Origin: a virus
Taxonomy: Duplodnaviria > Caudoviricetes
Virus record (IMG/VR): IMGVR_UViG_3300033121_000971
Span: 1 to 64,000 of that record
Direction: 5' to 3' (one strand)
Length of the DNA stretch: 64,000 bases
The translations under genes were made by a program, and so were the position numbers. The notes beneath the pieces are model-generated. The model made no database searches, was not told the DNA's origin, and saw nothing but the letters and a program-made list of their open reading frames with translations. Of the stretch, positions 1 to 8,405 are shown in pieces (position 1 is the stretch's first letter; each line of letters starts with the position of its first letter).

Positions 1-156
1 CACAGGCAGTTTAGAGCACCTGCTGGAATGCCCTTAAAACGCCATAGGAACGCCACCATTGAACGCAAACCCCTAACCCATAGGTCATATAACCCTAAAA
101 TCAGGTCATTAAACCCGTTAGACTAATATACCCCTAAAAATCACTTATTTACGGTA

Positions 157-187
157 TTGCTTTATGTACGTTTACCTGTTATATTTG
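157..187 (+). promoter_or_regulatory. sigma70-type promoter (TTGCTT-17-TATATT, extending to TATATTTG)
   Basis: -35/-10 hexamers with exact 17-bp spacer upstream of ORF 218; same layout recurs 8 times in the window. Confidence 0.7.
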
Positions 188-217
188 TATGTAATTAAAA
201 ACTAAACAAAAACGAAA

Positions 218-415
218 ATGAAACAGTTATCCATAGAAAACGCAAAAACAGCAAAAACAATCCAGAACATAAACAACCCTGAATGGGGAATTAAAAGATT
301 TAACTATAATGAACAACCCTTATTAGACGGTAAGTTTGCAAGTACTTGGGGAACAGGTTTAAATAGTGCGGTTTTATTTGAGAGCGAATATAAATATTGG
401 GAGGTTATAAGCTAA
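218..415 (+). CDS. hypothetical protein (early-type small ORF)
   Basis: ORF directly downstream of promoter, A-rich leader. Confidence 0.7.
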   Translation: MKQLSIENAKTAKTIQNINNPEWGIKRFNYNEQPLLDGKFASTWGTGLNSAVLFESEYKYWEVIS

Positions 416-417
416 AA

Positions 418-630
418 ATGAAAATAAAAGTAAAATTAGAAGTAAGTGAAATCGGTACTAAATATATTACATTAGATATTATTGGTGATTTAGAAATTTC
501 TCAAAAGGATTGGGGTAAAATGACTGATGAACAAAGATTAAATATAATTAACAATGAATATGTTTTTAATGCAAACTTAGAGCAACCTTATTGGTATGCG
601 AAAAGTTTTAAGGAAATTGAAACACTATAA
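418..630 (+). CDS. hypothetical protein
   Basis: ORF-track 397..630; ATG at 418 just after upstream stop is the likelier start. Confidence 0.6.
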   Translation: MKIKVKLEVSEIGTKYITLDIIGDLEISQKDWGKMTDEQRLNIINNEYVFNANLEQPYWYAKSFKEIETL

Positions 631-640
631 CTAAATTTTA

Positions 641-823
641 ATGACCACCACCGAACTAACAAAACTAACAGGGCTATCTAAACAAAGGATAGCCCAATTA
701 CGCAACAGTAAAACCAAGAATGGTATTAAACTCATCGAGGGTAAAGACTGGTATTGGGAACGTGGCAAAATAGTTTACACAATTTCAGCAGTAAACAAAC
801 TAAATAAAAGGAGTGGGAAATGA
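641..823 (+). CDS. small helix-turn-helix DNA-binding protein
   Basis: MTTTELTKLTGLSKQRIAQL pattern typical of HTH/excisionase-like proteins. Confidence 0.6.
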   Translation: MTTTELTKLTGLSKQRIAQLRNSKTKNGIKLIEGKDWYWERGKIVYTISAVNKLNKRSGK

Positions 824-1095
824 AAATAGGAAATGTTTGGAATATAAGTACATTTCAGGAAACTATGCCAATAGATGAGTTAATATTATGGTTAGAAGAA
901 CGCAAAGCACAAGGCGATAACGTAATTAATATTGAGCCTGATTGGGGATATTACGATAGTTTGGACGGTATTGATTTAAGAACCGAGCAAATAAAACCTA
1001 AAAGATTTGCGGAACTTAAGAAAAGATTTGAGTTATTAAAACAAATAGCACAGGACAATTTAGTAACCCCCACAAAGGAAAGGAAAAATGGATGA
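820..1095 (+). CDS. hypothetical protein
   Basis: ATGA-coupled ORF with AAGGAG upstream. Confidence 0.65.
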   Translation: MKIGNVWNISTFQETMPIDELILWLEERKAQGDNVINIEPDWGYYDSLDGIDLRTEQIKPKRFAELKKRFELLKQIAQDNLVTPTKERKNG

Positions 1096-1343
1096 AAAAC
1101 TTATTATTGACTAATCCACGTGAAGGTATAAAAAAAGCATATATTAATTTAATGCCAAATGAAGACTCTAACTGGGGTGCTGTAATACTTTACGTTACTT
1201 GGAATAATTTAATTAGAGGCGAAGAAACAATTTACAGCAAGAAAGGTATTAACCAAGCCATTGTTTCAGCTAAAGCGTATTATTCAAGAGAATACCAGTC
1301 CAAGAAACACGGGTTTGATAAGCCAAAGTGGATTGAAGATTAA
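1092..1343 (+). CDS. hypothetical protein
   Basis: ATGA-coupled ORF. Confidence 0.65.
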   Translation: MKNLLLTNPREGIKKAYINLMPNEDSNWGAVILYVTWNNLIRGEETIYSKKGINQAIVSAKAYYSREYQSKKHGFDKPKWIED

Positions 1344-1371
1344 TACCTCAACACAGGCAGTTTACTAGGAC

Positions 1372-1400
1372 TTGCATTTACGAAAATTTTTAATTATATT
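1372..1400 (+). promoter_or_regulatory. sigma70-type promoter (TTGCAT-17-TATATT)
   Basis: exact 17-bp spacer, followed by AAGGAG RBS and ORF 1422. Confidence 0.7.
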
Positions 1401-1421
1401 GCAGTATAAAGGAGAACAATA

Positions 1422-1643
1422 ATGAGTGATACATGGAAATGGTCTGAAGAGTTACCAAAGCTAAAACAGACCTGTAATAAAATAGTTTGGTTAATAGAGG
1501 AGTCAGTGGACGGAGCTTTAATGCACTCTCAGCAAGTGTTTCTGGCAGACTTGGTAAAAGAATTTGTAAACAACCCAGTAGTGAAGTACTCTGGAGTTTT
1601 GGAAAAAGAATTAGTATTCGATGAGAGGAGTCCTCTGGAATGA
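1422..1643 (+). CDS. hypothetical protein
   Basis: AAGGAGAA RBS upstream. Confidence 0.7.
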   Translation: MSDTWKWSEELPKLKQTCNKIVWLIEESVDGALMHSQQVFLADLVKEFVNNPVVKYSGVLEKELVFDERSPLE

Positions 1644-1999
1644 GAGTAAAAGTAGTTAAATGTAGTGACCCACGCATGTGGTATAATGATAGCTCTTTCA
1701 TAGAATCTGGTACTGAGTTTAATGTTGTGGGGGAATACGAGTATTACATCATACAGGAAGGCAATTTAAGAGGTAAAGCTTTTCTAAAAGAGGATTGTGA
1801 GTTGGTGCAGGACATAAATAACAATAAAGTGCTTAAAGAGACAGTATCCAAAGAATCACTTTTAAATGATGAATACTTTAGAAGGCAGTTGATTATAAGT
1901 CTGGCTGGGAATTCCAGACTTTTAGAATTAGAAGGAAAAGCAAATTTTCCTGAAGCAGTTGTAAACATGGCATATAAGATAAGGCAGGCGATGAAATGA
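1640..1999 (+). CDS. hypothetical protein
   Basis: ATGA-coupled ORF. Confidence 0.65.
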   Translation: MRVKVVKCSDPRMWYNDSSFIESGTEFNVVGEYEYYIIQEGNLRGKAFLKEDCELVQDINNNKVLKETVSKESLLNDEYFRRQLIISLAGNSRLLELEGKANFPEAVVNMAYKIRQAMK

Positions 2000-2265
2000 A
2001 AAAATTAATACTATTCATATTCTGTGTAATACTTCTATACGGATGCAGTTATACAAAGTACACTCTGGAGCTGGAGGAATGTAACACTCACACAAAAGAC
2101 ACTGTAATTACATATATGGAAAATATAGGCGATAATCGTCCTATGATACAGACTAACAGAGAAGCTCTCCCAGTTGTGTACATACAGGACAGGAACGGTT
2201 ATGTGGTAGATAAAAAAATAAACATCTGTAAGCTCAGGATTCTGTCGCAGGAGAGGGCAAAATGA
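1996..2265 (+). CDS. putative lipoprotein
   Basis: MKK, hydrophobic core and LYG-C lipobox. Confidence 0.65.
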   Translation: MKKLILFIFCVILLYGCSYTKYTLELEECNTHTKDTVITYMENIGDNRPMIQTNREALPVVYIQDRNGYVVDKKINICKLRILSQERAK

Positions 2266-2456
2266 GTAAAGATAAGTTTCTGGATGGTTTGGCTATAGCT
2301 ATAGTAATTGTGACTGTTCTAACAGTAGTAAGCGTCATAACAGTGGGAATAATTACTTCTGGGCAGGGTTTTACAGCTTTAATGATTTTAGGTTTTTTGG
2401 CAGTTGTAGCAGTGGTAGCTTGGGCAGTTCTTAGAATAGCTGACAGGACTGTTTAG
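2262..2456 (+). CDS. small membrane protein (2 TM helices)
   Basis: two long hydrophobic segments. Confidence 0.65.
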   Translation: MSKDKFLDGLAIAIVIVTVLTVVSVITVGIITSGQGFTALMILGFLAVVAVVAWAVLRIADRTV

Positions 2457-2474
2457 TATTAAAAACATTAAAAT

Positions 2475-2493
2475 TTTGTATTTATTATATAGA
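2475..2493 (+). promoter_or_regulatory. conserved 19-bp motif TTTGTATTTATTATATAGA (putative late promoter), copy 1
   Basis: identical copies at 15225, 24536, 34745, 50934; +TA variant at 8085. Confidence 0.7.
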
Positions 2494-2498
2494 GACCT

Positions 2499-3125
2499 TT
2501 GAAATCATATACCTTATATAAGCTAACATTCCCTAATAGCAAAATCTATATAGGGCAAACAGTAAATTTTAAAAATAGAATGAATTTCTACAAAAGTTCT
2601 TCTATTAATAAAAGTTGCAGTAACTACGATAGAATAGTAAATAGGGCAATCCGAAAATACGGTTGGGAAAATGTTCAGAAAGAAATTCTCTTAATCTGTG
2701 GCTCTCAAATTGATATGTACGAGAGGCAGTATATCAGATTACTAAAAACTACTGATATCGAATATGGGTATAACATTGAAGAGGGTGGTAATAAAAATAA
2801 AGTACTCAGTGTCTCCCATAGAAAGAAAATGGTAGACAACAGCTACCTAAAAGGTAAATTTGGTAGTGAGCATCACAAGTCCAGACCAATTTTGCAATTT
2901 GACTTAAATGGTAATTTCATAAAAGAGTGGGAATCCATAACTAGTGTTAGTATCGGTACTGGTATAGGGCAAGGTAACTTGAGTAGCTATTGTTTAGATA
3001 AGGTGGTCGTAGGAGGGGATGGTAGTGGCTATAGGTTAAATTGTTTAGGTGGGTTTATATGGTTTTATAAAGATAATTTTTCTAATGAGAAGCTACTTTA
3101 TAAAATTAAAAAGATTAAAAAATAG
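2499..3125 (+). CDS. GIY-YIG homing endonuclease with NUMOD-like C-terminal DNA-binding motifs
   Basis: YTLYK...IYIGQT...R motif, GYNI, and RPILQFDLNGNFIKEWESI NUMOD1-like segment. Confidence 0.85.
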   Translation: MKSYTLYKLTFPNSKIYIGQTVNFKNRMNFYKSSSINKSCSNYDRIVNRAIRKYGWENVQKEILLICGSQIDMYERQYIRLLKTTDIEYGYNIEEGGNKNKVLSVSHRKKMVDNSYLKGKFGSEHHKSRPILQFDLNGNFIKEWESITSVSIGTGIGQGNLSSYCLDKVVVGGDGSGYRLNCLGGFIWFYKDNFSNEKLLYKIKKIKK

Positions 3126-3132
3126 ATTATAT

Positions 3133-3208
3133 TGCGGAGTAGGGGAGTCAGGTCGTCCCCGTTGGGCTCATAACCCGAAGACCATGGGTTCGAATCCCAT
3201 CTCCGCTA
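3133..3208 (+). tRNA. tRNA-fMet (CAT), initiator type
   Basis: cloverleaf; 1:72 mismatch; three consecutive G-C pairs in anticodon stem; TTCGAAT T-loop; CCA not encoded. Confidence 0.9.
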
Positions 3209-3330
3209 CGACTAGTTTTGTTTTATAGGTTTGCTTGTACTGTCACGTAGAAACAATGAAAACCGAGGAAGCTAAACATAAATGGGTTTAGCAACGAGGG
3301 CAATGGAATGGTTGAGAAGCTCCTCATCTT

Positions 3331-3402
3331 GGGGTAGAAGTTTCTGAGTGAAATGCCTCCCTGTCACGGAGGAGATTGCAGGTGCGATTCCTGTGTGCCT
3401 CG
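3331..3402 (+). tRNA. tRNA-Asp (GTC), non-canonical
   Basis: CCTCC-CTGTCAC-GGAGG anticodon arm, G73; T-loop TGCGATT and G7:G66 mismatch. Confidence 0.7.
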
Positions 3403-3504
3403 CTCACACATAGTTTGGTTGTATGTTCCTAATGTAAAGCGAACATTCTCTCTTACCTCCAGAGGAGATAAAAATTACTGGAGGTGCTCCATGGGCAGAA
3501 ATAA

Positions 3505-3577
3505 GCTGGCATAGCTTTAATGGTAGAGCAGGGCTCCTGTAAAGCTCAGGTTGGGAGTTCGAATCTCTCTGCCAGCT
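3505..3577 (+). tRNA. tRNA-Thr (TGT)
   Basis: GCTGGCA/TGCCAGC acceptor stem, normal D and T arms; loop CCTGTAA has C33. Confidence 0.8.
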
Positions 3578-3662
3578 CAACAAGGTTGGGTTGAAAAGTA
3601 AAATGGAAGGTGAGTGGTTTCGGTACACTGTAAGGAAAATCCTATCTACCCTGACCAAATAT

Positions 3663-3735
3663 TCAGGTATAGCTCAGTTGGTAGAGCATCTCACTGTTAA
3701 TGAGAATGTCGGAGGTTCAAGTCCTTCTGCCTGAG
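3663..3735 (+). tRNA. tRNA-Asn (GTT)
   Basis: canonical cloverleaf, G73. Confidence 0.92.
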
Positions 3736-3746
3736 CAAAAAATTTT

Positions 3747-3822
3747 GGGGTCACATGTACCGTGTTGGGGGCGAAGATGCTTTGCAAGCAACTTGTGGTG
3801 AGTTCGAGCCTCACTGATTCCA
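3747..3822 (+). tRNA. tRNA-Ala (TGC), atypical D-arm
   Basis: G3:U70 alanine identity pair, TTTGCAA loop, GTGAG/CTCAC T-stem. Confidence 0.8.
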
Positions 3823-3844
3823 CTAAAAATTAAACATTAATAAA

Positions 3845-3997
3845 ATGGAAACCAGATGGGAAAAATTTCATAGAGAGCGATTTGAAAAGTGGTATAAGGA
3901 AAACTTCAATGAAGACCTTCCACTTGACCCAGAGGTGAGAGATTTTTTTACAGTAGTTCGTAACTATGAGATTATGCAAGAAGCATTAAAAAATTAA
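3845..3997 (+). CDS. 50-aa hypothetical protein within tRNA cluster
   Basis: ATG...TAA read manually (METRWEKFHRERFEKW...); below ORF-track cutoff. Confidence 0.55.
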   Translation: METRWEKFHRERFEKWYKENFNEDLPLDPEVRDFFTVVRNYEIMQEALKN

Positions 3998-4056
3998 AAT
4001 GAAAAACACAGTTAATAAATTTCGATGGCAAGTCTTACAGAGTGTAGATAATGTAC

Positions 4057-4128
4057 ACGACTGTAAGATAGCGGTTAGTCTACCAGTCTCCAAAACTGGG
4101 AGCGTTGGTTCGAGTCCAACCAGTCGTG
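4057..4128 (+). tRNA. tRNA-Trp (CCA)
   Basis: ACGACTG/CAGTCGT acceptor, CCAGT-CTCCAAA-ACTGG arm, TTCGAGT T-loop. Confidence 0.88.
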
Positions 4129-4180
4129 CTATTCCCGTAAGGGTGTTAAAATAATATTTTTAACAAGATAGATTTATTAA

Positions 4181-4255
4181 CTGGATGTGAGGCGAGATAG
4201 ATGAGTGGCTGGTTTTGGAAACCAGAGGAAGTGGGAGCGTTACCCACCATCCAGA
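4181..4255 (+). tRNA. tRNA-Pro (TGG), non-canonical D and T loops
   Basis: CTGGATG/CATCCAG acceptor (C1:G72, A73), CTGGT-TTTGGAA-ACCAG arm; T-loop AGCGTTA. Confidence 0.72.
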
Positions 4256-4260
4256 CAAAA

Positions 4261-4617
4261 ATGTGGAAAAATAAAGAAGACAAACGTGCATATGATAGAA
4301 ATTATTATATTACGAAAGTTGATAAGAAAAAGAAATTAGCAGTTGAAAAGAAAAGAAAGAAGAGCACACAGCAGTATGTGATTGACTATCTTAAAGCTCA
4401 TCCTTGTATTGACTGTGGAGAAGGTAACCCTGTAGTATTAGAGTTTGACCATAGAGATGATTGCATTAAAGTATCAGAGATAGCAGAAATGGTTAGACGT
4501 GGGTTTTCTAAAGAACGTGTACAAGAAGAGATAGATAAATGTGATGTTAGGTGTGCAAATTGTCACAGGATTAAAACTGCTAGCCAGTTAGGTTGGTATA
4601 AAGATATACAATTTTAA
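4261..4617 (+). CDS. HNH endonuclease
   Basis: CIDCG...LEFDH...CANCH; start moved to ATG 4261 because 4201 lies inside tRNA-Pro. Confidence 0.85.
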   Translation: MWKNKEDKRAYDRNYYITKVDKKKKLAVEKKRKKSTQQYVIDYLKAHPCIDCGEGNPVVLEFDHRDDCIKVSEIAEMVRRGFSKERVQEEIDKCDVRCANCHRIKTASQLGWYKDIQF

Positions 4618-4779
4618 ATAAGTAAAGATTAATAATACTCATCACGAACAGAGATGTTTTCTATCGCACCTGATGAGTTGAGTGTTCTCAGTGTAGTACG
4701 TTTTTTTTTCATGGTAACCTCCTTTCTATCCAGATTAAATTCTGGACTGGGTGCAAGCAGATAACTTGCATGAAATTTT

Positions 4780-4820
4780 GAAGAGGTAGTTGGGGTGTCC
4801 CCAGCTATCTTTTCATTTTT
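4780..4820 (+). terminator. intrinsic terminator ending the tRNA operon
   Basis: GAAGAGGTAGTTGGGG/CCCCAGCTATCTTTTC stem followed by T-rich tail. Confidence 0.75.
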
Positions 4821-4857
4821 ATAATGAGACCCTGCAATAAGTAATAAATAAAATATT

Positions 4858-7665
4858 TTGGCAAATAAGCAAGTAACTTCAACCAGAAGAAGTAGAAGAT
4901 GGCAACCACAAGTTGGAGGGCTCCCAACTCCACAACGTGCAATATTTGGTAGTTCAGTAGGAACACCTTTAGGTACAGGTAACTCGTTTCAAGGGCAGTT
5001 GGATGGTAGCAGAGACATGTCTACATTCTCTCCAGAGATAAGAAATCCTACTTTAGGAACTGACCAGTTTTATCTTCCTAAATTCGTATCGGTTGATGGT
5101 ACTCCTAACATAGAATTAAATTCTTGGTTCAGGCATTATGCTCGCTGGCACCCTCTTGTAAAAAACTTAATTCAATTACATTCATCTTTACCTATTTCCA
5201 GATTTGGTCTGGTAGGTGTAACAGATAAAAAGATACTTCAATTCTTTGAGGACAACTCAGATGAGCTGGATATTCTTACTGTTATTATGGATGCTTTAAA
5301 AGAATATTTTACAGTAGGTGAAGTACAGCCGTTTGCAAAATGGGATGTTAATCAAGGTAAGTTTATTGATTTAAAACTTCTTGATACTGATTACATTAAT
5401 GTAACCAGTCATTATATGCTTAATGCAAAAGACGGAGAGATACCAGAACTGTATGAGTATATTCCAGACGAGTATTTAAAACAACTTGTTAGAACAGATA
5501 ATCCTTTTGAACAGAAACTTCTTGAAGATAGTCTGGATGATGAATTACGTTATGCTATTGAGAATAATTTTACTCTTATCCTTGACCCATTCTGTACAAC
5601 AATGATAAGAGATAGGCATACCCCTCGTGACCTTCGTGGCACAAGTATGCTTAACAGTATTTTAAAGATTTTAATGCTTGATGATAAGCTTCGTGAACAG
5701 GCTTATGCTTCAGCACAACAGAACATCAACCCTATAAGGCTTTGGAAGATTGGTAATGAAAATTTCTTACCAGATGATGCAATGCTGGAAGGTATGAAGA
5801 ATTTAATTCTTCAGGCACAATATGACCCACAACTTAATATCGTTACTCATCCTTTTGTAGAGCTTGATATACAAGGTGCTACTGGAAAAGTAGATAAGAT
5901 GAAAGATGACTATGAGTACATTGAAAAACAGATTTTAACAGGTCTGTGGTCATCAAAAGCTTTTGTTCATTCAGACGGTATTACTCTTAATTCTTCAACA
6001 GTTGCTATGAGGATGCTTATGGGAAGGTATCTTCCTATACGTTCTATGTTTGAGAACTACTTTTATAGAAAAATTTTCTTACCTACAGCTCTTGCTCAGG
6101 ATTTTTATAAACCTTTAACACAGGCTCAATCAAATCATGGTATAAGACCTTCAAATAAAGATAGAGAACTAGTTTATCCTTTATTTGACTGGAGACATAA
6201 ACAGTCATTAATGGATGACCAGTCTGTAAGAAGTATGTTAATAAGTTTAAGAGATAAATCTCAAATGCCTATGAAGGTTATTTGTGACTCTCTTGACTTA
6301 GACTATAATTACGTAAAAACATGGCTTGAAAAAGAAACAAATACTGTATTTGATAATGATATGATTGAGAGCAAGAAAACTTTAATGAACTCAGCAGTTG
6401 CTGGAGGATTAAAAGATTCTGGTTCTGGTATGATTAAGAGAATAGTTGATGCAGGTGCAAACTGGGCAAAAGCTATGTTCGGTAAATCTCCTAACCTTCA
6501 GGTTGAAGAGACTGAAGAAGCTAAGAAAGCTAAAGAAGAAGATAAGCAGGATGAAGCTGGTGCAGGTCTTGGTGACATGGGAGCAAATCCTTTGGAACAG
6601 CCACAAGGTGGAGAAGGTGAACAGCTAAAAGAGAACAGACGTTACTTTGCTACAGAGGAAGGTCAGGCTCAGTTAAAAATGTATGAGAGTATTAACAAGA
6701 CCGCTAATGTAGTGAAGAAGCAAATTGATAAGATGAATACCACAAAGTCTCCTTATGTATCTAATATATCAAGCCGAGATGATATCATGGTCAAGCTTAG
6801 AGATATGAATTATGATGGTAACATTGTTACAAGTTTAAAATCTCAATTGCTTGATTTAAAATTATTACTTGCTTCAGAAGGTGAACGTTTTGCAAACGGT
6901 TCAGGCACTTTAAACGAATCTATAAATAATGTTTTAAAAGAGACTAGAAACAGTTATAATAAGAGACTATACGATTTAGGTAAGTACTCAGCTCAGACAA
7001 CTATAAATATATTAGGCAAAGAAGCTAGTGTAGGTGACTTTATTCCTGTAGAATTTAATGCATATGAGATTAAGAGTAAGCTGAAAGAGGTAGATATAGA
7101 TGATAAAAACGTAAGACGTGCTGTGTGGAATCAGGTTTATCCTCACATTGAGCAACAGGTTGTTTCTAACTTCTTAACCTTATCTAAAAAAGTAGAATTA
7201 AATACTTTTGAAAAACTAGGTATAAAGAATGTATATTTGAACAACGTTAAGACAGCAATAAAAGATGTATCAGACAGTGTATTGTCTGACATATCAACTA
7301 TTATACTTCCAGATACTGAGTCTAAAGTAAGACATTCAGTTAACATAAGGAAGTGTGCGGTTAAGAATTGCCCAGTTGAATCTCTTCCACAAGTTATAAA
7401 AACAGTAGAAAAATTAAACGCTGTAGGAGTATTTGATTTATCTGGTAAAGACTATACTTCAGACAGATACAATGAAGACATACTTAAAGCTCACCTTACT
7501 TCAAAGTTCTATAATATTAATAACATTGAAGTAGAAGAGATGTTCTCTAAACATATGGATTTAGAAGATTCTGAGCTGGATTGGTTCTTAAAAAGAGCTA
7601 AGAATGTAGTATATGGTACAGAAGAAAATAGTGAAGTTAAAGAGTTCATAGAAAAATATATTTAA
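4858..7665 (+). CDS. portal protein with long C-terminal extension
   Basis: HPLVKNLIQLHS, EYFTVGE, RGTSML, NPIRLWKIG motifs typical of large-myovirus portals; first large gene of head region; TTG start. Confidence 0.8.
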   Translation: MANKQVTSTRRSRRWQPQVGGLPTPQRAIFGSSVGTPLGTGNSFQGQLDGSRDMSTFSPEIRNPTLGTDQFYLPKFVSVDGTPNIELNSWFRHYARWHPLVKNLIQLHSSLPISRFGLVGVTDKKILQFFEDNSDELDILTVIMDALKEYFTVGEVQPFAKWDVNQGKFIDLKLLDTDYINVTSHYMLNAKDGEIPELYEYIPDEYLKQLVRTDNPFEQKLLEDSLDDELRYAIENNFTLILDPFCTTMIRDRHTPRDLRGTSMLNSILKILMLDDKLREQAYASAQQNINPIRLWKIGNENFLPDDAMLEGMKNLILQAQYDPQLNIVTHPFVELDIQGATGKVDKMKDDYEYIEKQILTGLWSSKAFVHSDGITLNSSTVAMRMLMGRYLPIRSMFENYFYRKIFLPTALAQDFYKPLTQAQSNHGIRPSNKDRELVYPLFDWRHKQSLMDDQSVRSMLISLRDKSQMPMKVICDSLDLDYNYVKTWLEKETNTVFDNDMIESKKTLMNSAVAGGLKDSGSGMIKRIVDAGANWAKAMFGKSPNLQVEETEEAKKAKEEDKQDEAGAGLGDMGANPLEQPQGGEGEQLKENRRYFATEEGQAQLKMYESINKTANVVKKQIDKMNTTKSPYVSNISSRDDIMVKLRDMNYDGNIVTSLKSQLLDLKLLLASEGERFANGSGTLNESINNVLKETRNSYNKRLYDLGKYSAQTTINILGKEASVGDFIPVEFNAYEIKSKLKEVDIDDKNVRRAVWNQVYPHIEQQVVSNFLTLSKKVELNTFEKLGIKNVYLNNVKTAIKDVSDSVLSDISTIILPDTESKVRHSVNIRKCAVKNCPVESLPQVIKTVEKLNAVGVFDLSGKDYTSDRYNEDILKAHLTSKFYNINNIEVEEMFSKHMDLEDSELDWFLKRAKNVVYGTEENSEVKEFIEKYI

Positions 7666-7677
7666 ACTTAAAAAAGT

Positions 7678-8079
7678 ATGATATTTACAAGTTATAGACC
7701 TTCGTTCTTTCTAAAAGACATAATAGAAACTAACAATGATATTATTTCTGAAGCTATTGCTAAAACAGAATGGATTCAGGAAAGAGGTAAAAAGTGCTGG
7801 CGATTTACAAGCTGGGATGGGGACGTAGTGGAGCTGAGTTTGGGAAGCATTGGTATGGATTCTGAAGGTAAACCTGCTCAGTATTTTGTATTAAAAGGCA
7901 TTAATTGTATTAATTTCTGTGACGTTATTTTTATAGCTATGAGAGCTCGCATGCTGATGGGTGGCATAACCCCAGTATCCGAAGAGGATGACCATAAAAG
8001 TCTCACACACATTTTCTACTTTACAAATAAAAGTATCCCAGAGAATTGTGGGGAATTTGGTGAGAAGATAAGTTCTTAA
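7678..8079 (+). CDS. hypothetical protein
   Basis: in-operon ORF. Confidence 0.65.
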   Translation: MIFTSYRPSFFLKDIIETNNDIISEAIAKTEWIQERGKKCWRFTSWDGDVVELSLGSIGMDSEGKPAQYFVLKGINCINFCDVIFIAMRARMLMGGITPVSEEDDHKSLTHIFYFTNKSIPENCGEFGEKISS

Positions 8080-8084
8080 TGAGT

Positions 8085-8105
8085 TTTGTATTTATTATAT
8101 ATAGA
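8085..8105 (+). promoter_or_regulatory. putative late promoter motif, copy 2 (extra TA)
   Basis: TTTGTATTTATTATATATAGA. Confidence 0.6.
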
Positions 8106-8121
8106 AGGTAAAAATAAACAA

Positions 8122-8400
8122 ATGGCAAATAACGTAATACTATATCAGCGTCCAAACAGAGCATTTGAGCTGGAAATAAATAGCTTAATAGCTAAGTCGG
8201 ACTTCACTAGTGCAGGATTTCCTGCAGTTATAGGAGAAGCAAGTACTTACTTATTATCAACTGAAGGTCAGGCTAGGTTATCTGGAAATTTTAGTGACCT
8301 AGGGGATGCAAACATTACTTGGATTACTTCTACTCCAACTCCTACAAGTTTTGATGGAAGTAATGGTTACAGAATAGCATTTATAAAACAAACAGTATAA
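8122..8400 (+). CDS. hypothetical (possible virion) protein
   Basis: ATG 8122 downstream of promoter motif is a likelier start than 8086. Confidence 0.65.
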   Translation: MANNVILYQRPNRAFELEINSLIAKSDFTSAGFPAVIGEASTYLLSTEGQARLSGNFSDLGDANITWITSTPTPTSFDGSNGYRIAFIKQTV

Positions 8401-8405
8401 GATAA

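Noticed and set aside
3262-3330. RNase P or tmRNA-like RNA (GAGGAAG...CTCCTC)
   Set aside because: Too short, and the conserved P4 or tag-reading-frame features could not be found.
3533-3548. Reading the 3505 tRNA as Tyr (GTA)
   Set aside because: The anticodon stem pairs only in the TGT register, and the acceptor and short variable loop fit Thr.
4201-4260. N-terminal extension of the HNH ORF (start 4201)
   Set aside because: It lies inside tRNA-Pro; ATG 4261 follows the tRNA.
4700-4730. 16S rRNA gene fragment
   Set aside because: Only the 12-nt tail matches and there is no helix 45 upstream; kept as a motif finding instead.
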